This document shows positions 57,276 to 64,000 of a stretch of 64,000 nucleotides of DNA, piece by piece. A program made the translations under genes and the position numbers. Positions within the stretch are counted from its first letter, which is position 1. Each line of letters starts with the position of its first letter. The notes under the pieces were generated by a model. The model was not told the DNA's origin, did not search any database, and saw nothing but the letters and a program-made list of their open reading frames with translations. Source of the stretch: Candidatus Omnitrophota bacterium (GTDB taxonomy: Bacteria; Omnitrophota; Gorgyraeia; Zapsychrales; Fredricksoniimonadaceae); assembly GCA_044225175.1 (NCBI GenBank), contig JBGAJA010000002.1, positions 600,991 through 664,990 on the forward strand. The letters are read 5' to 3'.

Positions 57276-58006
57276 GTAATGTAGCAATTGAAGCCAAGGA
57301 ATTGACGCGAAAGTTTGGCAAATATACTGTTGTAGATAAGGTCTCATTCACATTACCATATGGGTGTATTTTCGGGTTTCTTGGTGCCAATGGGGCGGGA
57401 AAAAGCACCACCATTCGTATGCTCTGTGGAATTCTAGCTCCTACAAGCGGCTCTGGTAGCGTCGGGGGATTCGATATTAATACCCAGCCAGAGGAAATTA
57501 AAACAGTCATTGGCTATGTGTCCCAGCGTTTTAGCTTGTATTCTGATTTGACAGTTATTGAGAATCTGATGTTTTATGGGCGCGTGTATGGTCTGACGAA
57601 TGATGATTTAAAGAATCGTATCGAAGAGGTCCTTCAAATGACTGGTTTGCATGAATATCGGGAGCGCCTTGCAGGAGAGCTATCTGGAGGTTGGAAACAA
57701 AAGTTAGCTATTGCAAATGGCATCTTGCACAAGCCTCACATTCTTTTTCTTGATGAACCAACTGCAGGGATTGATCCATTATCTCGAAGGTCTATTTGGG
57801 CCTTATTATTTCAATTGGCTAAAGAAGGCACGGCCTTATTTATAACCACCCACTATATGGAAGAAGCAGAGCGCTGCGACACGATTGCTTTTATCAGCCA
57901 GGGTAAACTTTTAAAAGTGGGGCCGCCTTCAGATTTTAAGAAGATCGCCCCAACATTAGATGAGGCCTTTGCGATCCTAGAATCCCAAGGAGCTTACATT
58001 GCGTAA
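57272..58006 (+). CDS. ABC transporter ATP-binding protein (YbhF-like)
   Basis: GANGAGKST, LSGGWKQ, LFLDEPT, TTHYMEEAE. Confidence 0.95.
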   Translation: MSNVAIEAKELTRKFGKYTVVDKVSFTLPYGCIFGFLGANGAGKSTTIRMLCGILAPTSGSGSVGGFDINTQPEEIKTVIGYVSQRFSLYSDLTVIENLMFYGRVYGLTNDDLKNRIEEVLQMTGLHEYRERLAGELSGGWKQKLAIANGILHKPHILFLDEPTAGIDPLSRRSIWALLFQLAKEGTALFITTHYMEEAERCDTIAFISQGKLLKVGPPSDFKKIAPTLDEAFAILESQGAYIA

Positions 58007-59102
58007 TATCAAAGCCATTATTGCTAAAGAAATCATTCATATTCTACGTGATCGTAAGACGCTGTTTATGGTCATTTTGATGCCTGTAATGCAGGTGTTG
58101 ATCTATGGGTTTGGGGTCAATACGGATGTGCGTCATTTACGAACCTATGTTTATGATCAAGATCGAACATACTTGAGTCGAAGTTTGGTGGATGCTTTTG
58201 TTCAATCAGAATATTTTAAAATCAGTAAAGATGTCACTTCACTCAAAGATGTTGAAGAGGGAATGAATAAAGGCAAGGCACAGGTAGCAATCATTATTCC
58301 ACCAAATTTCACAGCTGATATTTTAAAGAAAAAAGGTACTCAATTGCAACTATTGATTGATGGCACGGACTCAAACCCGGCGAACGTGGCGTTAAATTCT
58401 AGTCAGTCGATTGTAACAAGCTTCATGCAGACTCAAGGATTCATTCAAGTGCCTGTTATGCCAATCGATTTTCGTCCAAGGCTTTGGTATAACCCAGAAC
58501 TGAAGAGCACCTTTTTTATGCTTCCAGGGTTGATTGCACTCGTGTTACAACTCATTGTTCCTATGATTACGGCAAGTGCCATTGTCCGCGAAAAAGAACG
58601 GGGCAATATTGAACAGCTTTTAGTGACCCCTATTAAACCCTATGAGTTAATTCTAGGTAAGATTATTCCTTACATTGCCATTGGAGTTATAATTGCCAGT
58701 AGTATTGTTATGTCCATGCATTTTATGTTTCAAGTTCCAATCCGTGGCAGCATACTGACTTTATTTACATTAACGCTGTTGTATTTGATTGTCTGTTTAG
58801 GGATAGGATTATGGGCTTCAACGATTTCAGAAAATCAACAGCAAGCTTCTCAAGTTGTCATGTTTTTTGCCATGCCATCCATTTTGCTCTCAGGTTTTAT
58901 ATTCCCAAGAGAAACCATGCCGCTGTGGGTCCATCACATTGGCTATTTTCTTCCTATGACATACTTTTTAACGATTGTTAGGGGAATTATTCTGAAAGGT
59001 ATGAGTTTTCTGGATTTAATCGAACAAATTTGGCCTTTAGTTGTGATGGCTACAGTCGTCATTATTTTGAGTATTAAACGTTTTGGTAAAAGGATTGCTT
59101 AA
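57999..59102 (+). CDS. ABC-2 transporter permease (YbhS-like)
   Basis: KEIIHILRD, WYNPEL, IVREKERGNIEQLLVTP, LLSGFIFP. Confidence 0.93.
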   Translation: MRNIKAIIAKEIIHILRDRKTLFMVILMPVMQVLIYGFGVNTDVRHLRTYVYDQDRTYLSRSLVDAFVQSEYFKISKDVTSLKDVEEGMNKGKAQVAIIIPPNFTADILKKKGTQLQLLIDGTDSNPANVALNSSQSIVTSFMQTQGFIQVPVMPIDFRPRLWYNPELKSTFFMLPGLIALVLQLIVPMITASAIVREKERGNIEQLLVTPIKPYELILGKIIPYIAIGVIIASSIVMSMHFMFQVPIRGSILTLFTLTLLYLIVCLGIGLWASTISENQQQASQVVMFFAMPSILLSGFIFPRETMPLWVHHIGYFLPMTYFLTIVRGIILKGMSFLDLIEQIWPLVVMATVVIILSIKRFGKRIA

Positions 59103-59696
59103 TTGAGAAGAATAATCGGTCTGATATTAGTGTGTTGTTTAATTCCGGGCTTAAGTTTGGCGGGATGGAAATTAAAAGGAAATGAATTTCCAGCCAGTTA
59201 TCAAGCCCAACATCGAGAATCATTAGCATTAAGAGGCGTTGGAGTGAAGACCCTATTTATGATGAAAGTCTTCTTAGCTGGTTTGTATTTACCTGCGGCC
59301 AGCCAATCTGCAGATGCTTTAAATCCAGCAGTTTCAAAATATCTCTCTGTGATCTTTTATGCTAAGTTTGCATCCAAAGACTTCGTTGATTTTACGATCA
59401 ACACAATGAAACACAATATTTCAAAAGAAGAATTTCGATCATTGCAGACAGAGTTGAAAGAAATCTCTCGAGTGTTTCCTAATATTAAGTCGGGAGACCA
59501 ATTTTCTATGTCATATGAGGCAGGAATTGGCACGACATTTATTCATAATGGCTATGTGACAGGCTTTATTCCAGGAGAAGTTTTTTCCAAAGCTTTGTTC
59601 TCAACCTGGATGGGTCAAAAGCCTTTCGACTACAAGATTAAAAACCAAATTCTAGGCCTTCCAAGTCATCCGAACCTACGAGGTTCGGGAGGTTAG
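59103..59696 (+). CDS. Chalcone-isomerase-like periplasmic protein
   Basis: Signal peptide, LALRGVGVK..FMMKVF.AGLYL, KSGD, F..ALFS.W.G.KP....KNQILG. Confidence 0.8.
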   Translation: MRRIIGLILVCCLIPGLSLAGWKLKGNEFPASYQAQHRESLALRGVGVKTLFMMKVFLAGLYLPAASQSADALNPAVSKYLSVIFYAKFASKDFVDFTINTMKHNISKEEFRSLQTELKEISRVFPNIKSGDQFSMSYEAGIGTTFIHNGYVTGFIPGEVFSKALFSTWMGQKPFDYKIKNQILGLPSHPNLRGSGG

Positions 59697-59720
59697 GTTC
59701 GTAAGCTCAAAGGAGAATAC

Positions 59721-60053
59721 ATGAATATTAAATCTTTGTTTTTAGCTATGTCGGTATTGATGATTGGGTTGGTTATTTATACACAATCCCAGAGCGATCT
59801 TTTTCATTTGCCAGAGCCTGTGCTTCAAGAACCATGGTTTTGGACCACATTAGTTGATTTTTATTTTAATATCACAATCATTTCAGCCTGGGTCATTTAT
59901 AAGGAAGCCAATGCTTTAAGAAGTTTTGTTTGGATTCTTGGCTTTATCTTTCTTGGAAGTATTGCAACAGCCTTCTATGTATTCTTGCAATTTTGTCGTC
60001 TTAAAACTGGAGAAGGCTTTAAAGAAGTTTTAGTAAAGAGAGCAGGCGTATGA
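59721..60053 (+). CDS. DUF1475-like membrane protein
   Basis: PWFWTTLVDFY, WVIYKE, W......LGSIATAFY. Confidence 0.75.
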   Translation: MNIKSLFLAMSVLMIGLVIYTQSQSDLFHLPEPVLQEPWFWTTLVDFYFNITIISAWVIYKEANALRSFVWILGFIFLGSIATAFYVFLQFCRLKTGEGFKEVLVKRAGV

Positions 60054-60835
60054 TGTTAGATTTATTGCTGACAGCTTGGGGCTACGTAGCCTTTATGATG
60101 TTTTTGCTTTGGTTAGTTCAAGTCAAAACTCTTAATGCTTCATTTGTTGATTTAGGATGGACTATAGGCCTTGTCATTTGTGCTTGGGTCTATAACTACT
60201 ACACGGATGTCCCTAATCCCCATAAAGTTCTCATTTTGATCCTTGTCACCCTGTGGGCTGCTCGTTTGGCTAGTCATTTGATCTTGAGGTTACTAAAAGA
60301 TCCTAGTGAAGATAAGCGCTATGCCAAGATTCGCTCTGATTGGAAAACTCATCAGCATATGAAGTTTTTTTTGATGTTTCAATTTCAAGGTTTGCTGGAT
60401 GTGACTTTGTCATGGGGTTTCTTGCTCATTTGTTTAAATTCCTCGACGCACTATTCGATCCTTGAATATGTAGCCATCGCAGTTTGGTTGATTGGTTTTA
60501 TAGGTGAATCAATTTCAGACTATCAGTTAAAGACTTTTAAGTCAGATCCACAGAATCGTGGCAAAACATGTCAGGTGGGTTTATGGCATTACTCCAGACA
60601 CCCCAATTATTTCTTTGAATGGCTCATATGGGTGGCATATTTCTTGATGGCTTTAGGAGCAACATCATATGGATGGACTGCCATTATTCTTCCTATTCTT
60701 ATGTATTACTTTTTGATCTATGTCTCAGGAGTCCCTTTAGCAGAGGCGCAATCACTGAAGAATAGAGGGGAAGAATATCGTCGTTATCAAGAGACAACTA
60801 GTATGTTTATTCCATTGCCCAAGAGGAAGATATGA
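60050..60835 (+). CDS. DUF1295 family membrane protein (steroid-reductase-like)
   Basis: VDLGW, EDKRY, SDYQL..FK, GLWHYSRHPNYFFEW, Y..YQ..TS.F.P. Confidence 0.9.
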   Translation: MMLDLLLTAWGYVAFMMFLLWLVQVKTLNASFVDLGWTIGLVICAWVYNYYTDVPNPHKVLILILVTLWAARLASHLILRLLKDPSEDKRYAKIRSDWKTHQHMKFFLMFQFQGLLDVTLSWGFLLICLNSSTHYSILEYVAIAVWLIGFIGESISDYQLKTFKSDPQNRGKTCQVGLWHYSRHPNYFFEWLIWVAYFLMALGATSYGWTAIILPILMYYFLIYVSGVPLAEAQSLKNRGEEYRRYQETTSMFIPLPKRKI

Positions 60836-61878
60836 AATTTCTTGTACCTATGACTAAAGGATTATTAGAGCGGGGATGGATTCCTGATCCGTTCATTCGT
60901 TTTGGCATGCGTCAACTCTTGCGCCAAAAATTGATTGAGGAATGTAGAGACGCAAGATCTTGCGTCTCTACCAACGATAGAAAAATGAATCTTATTTCTG
61001 AAATGCGTTCCAGTCCTATTGCCGTTAATACAAAAGATGCCAACGAGCAACACTACGAGCTGCCAACCAAATTCTTTCAATTATGTTTAGGAGACAATCT
61101 CAAATACAGCAGCTGTTACTATAAAACAGGTGAAGAAACATTGTCCCAAGCAGAAGAGATCATGCTTGAATTGACTTGTGAACGCGCAGAGCTGCAGGAT
61201 GGGCAGCATGTCCTGGAATTAGGCTGCGGTTGGGGAAGTTTATCTCTTTTTATGGCGGCCAAATACCCTAAATCTAAGATTACAGGTGTTTCAAATTCAA
61301 AAACACAGAAAGCCTTTATTGAAGAACAGGCTAAAATTCGTGGTTTAAATAATCTGAAGATCATCACGTGTGATATGAATGATTTTACCATTATAGAATC
61401 TTTTGACCGCATCGTGAGTGTAGAAATGTTTGAGCATATGAGAAACTGGCAGATATTGCTTGCACGAATCAGTGGTTTTTTAAATCCGCAAGGTAAACTC
61501 TTTATTCATATCTTTACTCATCAGAAATACGCCTATCTTTATGACGCCAAAGATGACAGTGATTTTATTGGGCGCTATTTTTTTACAGGCGGCATTATGC
61601 CATCTCATGATTTGCTTTTGTATTTTCAAGACCATTTTAAGATTGAAGACAATTGGAAAGTTTCAGGTACGCATTATTCTCAAACATCTGAGCAATGGCT
61701 TTCGAACATGGATTCAAATAAATCACAGATCATGCCAATTCTAAAATCTGTCTATGGCAAAGAGGCTTTAAAATGGTGGCATTATTGGCGAATATTTTAT
61801 ATGGCCTGTGCCGAGCTTTGGGGGTATGACGAAGGTAATGAATGGATTGTCAGTCATTACAGGTTTTCTAAACGATAG
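60832..61878 (+). CDS. SAM-dependent methyltransferase, cyclopropane-fatty-acid synthase / coclaurine N-methyltransferase-like
   Basis: ANEQHYELP, KYSSCY, VLELGCGWGS, FDRIVSVEMFEHM, YFFTGG.MPS. Confidence 0.92.
   Translation: MKFLVPMTKGLLERGWIPDPFIRFGMRQLLRQKLIEECRDARSCVSTNDRKMNLISEMRSSPIAVNTKDANEQHYELPTKFFQLCLGDNLKYSSCYYKTGEETLSQAEEIMLELTCERAELQDGQHVLELGCGWGSLSLFMAAKYPKSKITGVSNSKTQKAFIEEQAKIRGLNNLKIITCDMNDFTIIESFDRIVSVEMFEHMRNWQILLARISGFLNPQGKLFIHIFTHQKYAYLYDAKDDSDFIGRYFFTGGIMPSHDLLLYFQDHFKIEDNWKVSGTHYSQTSEQWLSNMDSNKSQIMPILKSVYGKEALKWWHYWRIFYMACAELWGYDEGNEWIVSHYRFSKR
60944..60971. repeat. 28-bp perfect GTAG palindrome (copy 2), in-frame in a CDS
   Basis: GTAGAGACGCAAGATCTTGCGTCTCTAC, read as CRDARSCVST. 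Confidence 0.9.
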
Positions 61879-61884
61879 GACTTT

Positions 61885-61957
61885 GTGTCATTGCGAGCGA
61901 AGCGAAGCAATCTTACATGAACAGATTGCTTCGTCGCTTCGCTCCTCGCAATGACAC
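61885..61957. repeat. Long palindromic intergenic element
   Basis: GTGTCATTGCGAGCGAAGCGAAGCAATCT-tacatgaac-AGATTGCTTCGTCGCTTCGCTCCTCGCAATGACAC. Confidence 0.85.
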
Positions 61958-61966
61958 GCGTTTCAT

Positions 61967-63220
61967 ATGAAATCATTGGCGATTATAGGGACAGGTATTT
62001 CAGGACTAGGCGCTGCGTATTTTTTGCGCGACCGTTTTGATATTACTTTTTATGAGAAAAATGACTACGCAGGTGGTCATACCAATACCCTTGTCATTGA
62101 TGAAGAAGGTCAACCGGTTTACATCGACTCAGGGTTCATGGTCTATAACGAGCTCACCTATCCTTTGTTGACTCGTTTATTTAAAGAATTAGATATTCAA
62201 ACCAAACCCACTGACATGTCTTTTAGTTTTCAACATGTCCCGAGTTCTTTGGAATATTGTGGAACAAATTTGAGTGGTTTATTTGCTCAGCGAAAGAATA
62301 TTTTTAACCTTCGTCATATTCGTATGCTGACTGACATTAGCCGTTTTCGCAAACAAGCGGATGAAGTTTTGTCTCAGAATATATATAAAGACTATTCATT
62401 AGCCCGATATGTACGTGAAAAGAATTACAGTGAGGATTTCTTAAACAAATTTCTAATTCCAATGAGCTCTGCTGTTTGGTCAACGCCTCATGATGTGATG
62501 ATGACATTTCCTGCTTCTACCTTGGTCCAATTCTTTAAGAATCACTGCTTTCTGAATCTTGAAGGTCAACCTCAGTGGCGAACATGTGAGGGGGGAAGTC
62601 GTCAGTATCGAGATAAAATATTGAGTGTGATCAATGGTAAGATGTTGATGAATAATCCTGCTCAAAGTATAAAACGCCTTCAATTCCAGGTAGAGGTAAC
62701 TGATTCTCAGGGACAAAAGAAGCTGTATGATCGTGTTCTTTTAGCGGCACATGCCGATGAATCCTTAAGGATGTTATCTGATCCATCTTCGATCGAGAAG
62801 TCGCTCTTGTCAAAGTTTTCATATAATCACAACAATGTCATTCTTCATACAGATGAATCTGTAATGCCGCATTTGAAAAGAGTTTGGTCGTCCTGGAACT
62901 ATCGTGTTGGGTTAGATCAAAAAAGCACAACCATTTACTGGATGAATTCTCTTCAGGGGGTTTCCAAGAGGCGAAATTATTTTATATCAATCAATGATCC
63001 AGGGCTTGTAGATCCTAAGAAAATTTTGTGGGAAAAGATGTATACGCATCCAATTTATAGTGTTGCCTCTCAGGAAGCGCAAAGAAATTTGCAACAATTG
63101 AATCAAAATGGACAGATATTCTTCTCAGGGGCATATTTCCGTTATGGTTTTCATGAGGATGGATTGCTTTCGGCTTTATTGGCTGCAAGGGCAATATCAG
63201 GAGAACAGATTTGGGATTAA
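61967..63220 (+). CDS. FAD-dependent oxidoreductase (amine oxidase-like, COG2907 type)
   Basis: AIIGTGISGL, GGHTNT, IDSGFMVYN..TYP, WSSWNY, YTHP, GAYFRYGFHEDG. Confidence 0.92.
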   Translation: MKSLAIIGTGISGLGAAYFLRDRFDITFYEKNDYAGGHTNTLVIDEEGQPVYIDSGFMVYNELTYPLLTRLFKELDIQTKPTDMSFSFQHVPSSLEYCGTNLSGLFAQRKNIFNLRHIRMLTDISRFRKQADEVLSQNIYKDYSLARYVREKNYSEDFLNKFLIPMSSAVWSTPHDVMMTFPASTLVQFFKNHCFLNLEGQPQWRTCEGGSRQYRDKILSVINGKMLMNNPAQSIKRLQFQVEVTDSQGQKKLYDRVLLAAHADESLRMLSDPSSIEKSLLSKFSYNHNNVILHTDESVMPHLKRVWSSWNYRVGLDQKSTTIYWMNSLQGVSKRRNYFISINDPGLVDPKKILWEKMYTHPIYSVASQEAQRNLQQLNQNGQIFFSGAYFRYGFHEDGLLSALLAARAISGEQIWD

Positions 63221-63996
63221 ATTCTTGTCTTTATGACGTCAATATTTGGCATAGTCGTCAAAGTCCAAAGAAATATGCCTTTGAGCATAAAGTTTTTATG
63301 TTTTATTTGGATTTAGATGAACTGCCTTTACTTTCCAAGACAAGTTGGATGGTTGGAATTAATAAGCCAACTATTTATTCTTTCCAAGAAAATGATCACA
63401 TTTTGTCTTTAGGTAAAACAGCAAAGGAGAGCGCTCTTTCCTATGTTCGCCAAAAGGGGATGACTCAAGAGGTTGCAAATGTCAAACTTCTGACAAATTT
63501 AAGAACGTTTGGATACATTTTCAATCCTGTGTCTTTCTATTTCTTTTTTGATCGCAATAATCAGCCTTTGTGTGTTGTTCCTCAAATTGGAAATACATTT
63601 GGAGAATTGAAATATTTCTTTTTGGGGAAAGATAAGATTAATGAAAGCGAGTTTCAAGATGAGCAGACTAAGTTTTATTACATTTCGCCATTTACGGATT
63701 TGGATAATCTGATGGAATTCAAAATTCAAGTTCCAGACGAGAGGATGAATATTGTGATTGATGTGGCAAAGAATGGAAGCAAGTTCTTTTACTCTTCTAT
63801 GAAGGGAACAAGACAAGAATTAACAACGAAGAATTTGGTTTTAGCGACTCTTAAATATCCCTTTGTAACGGTAAAGGTTATTTTTTATATTCACTGGCAT
63901 GCAATGATTTTACATTTTGTTAAGAAAATTCCTCATCATCCAAAGGAAGAAAACCCACACTTACAAAAGGAGGTCTGGCGTGAGTGGAAAGTCTGA
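63211..63996 (+). CDS. DUF1365 family protein
   Basis: H.R..P..YAF, LDLDEL, RTFGYIFNPVSFY, NTFGE, FYYISPF, IHWHA. Confidence 0.9.
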   Translation: MGLNSCLYDVNIWHSRQSPKKYAFEHKVFMFYLDLDELPLLSKTSWMVGINKPTIYSFQENDHILSLGKTAKESALSYVRQKGMTQEVANVKLLTNLRTFGYIFNPVSFYFFFDRNNQPLCVVPQIGNTFGELKYFFLGKDKINESEFQDEQTKFYYISPFTDLDNLMEFKIQVPDERMNIVIDVAKNGSKFFYSSMKGTRQELTTKNLVLATLKYPFVTVKVIFYIHWHAMILHFVKKIPHHPKEENPHLQKEVWREWKV

Positions 63997-64000
63997 TACT

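Overview
AT-rich bacterial chromosomal window, probably from a Candidatus Omnitrophota (OP3)-like organism. That assignment is an inference from the giant secreted-protein family and gene content. Core genes (smc 3' part, cvpA, dnaG, rpoD; then tRNA-Ile2, tRNA-Val, Zn-ribbon protein, rnhA, rnpB, yebC, ruvC, ruvA, scpB, pheA, cspA, hisC, aroF, tyrA, cmk, lepA, lepB, pgsA, plsY) flank a ~31 kb accessory block (6.9-37.7 kb). The block is bracketed by two co-oriented paralogous giant secreted proteins (1250 and 2725 aa). It also holds a type II secretion cluster (gspE-F-G-H-I-J-K-L-M-C-D), a 1616-aa Ig/PKD/InlB-B surface protein, a secreted protein preceded by a c-di-GMP-I riboswitch, an RHH/RelE toxin-antitoxin pair and aroD. 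The right end carries a GT2/PEGA pair, a MarR-TolC-HlyD-ABC efflux operon and a DUF1475/DUF1295/cfa-like/amine-oxidase/DUF1365 lipid-modification operon. Highlights: (1) the two giant proteins share a signal peptide, a conserved ~330-aa N-domain and a conserved C-terminal GGIDL domain. Between these lie unrelated cargo modules (kinase-like, EreA/ChaN-like, PRTase-like, GNAT-like, LysM-like) separated by a recurring x-x-A-M linker, suggesting a modular polyprotein effector system. (2) Several families of miniature palindromic elements sit inside a riboswitch aptamer, inside RNase P RNA and in-frame inside proteins. (3) rnhA ends inside rnpB. (4) SMC appears to have a drastically reduced hinge. 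All calls are by-eye pattern recognition; no searches were run.
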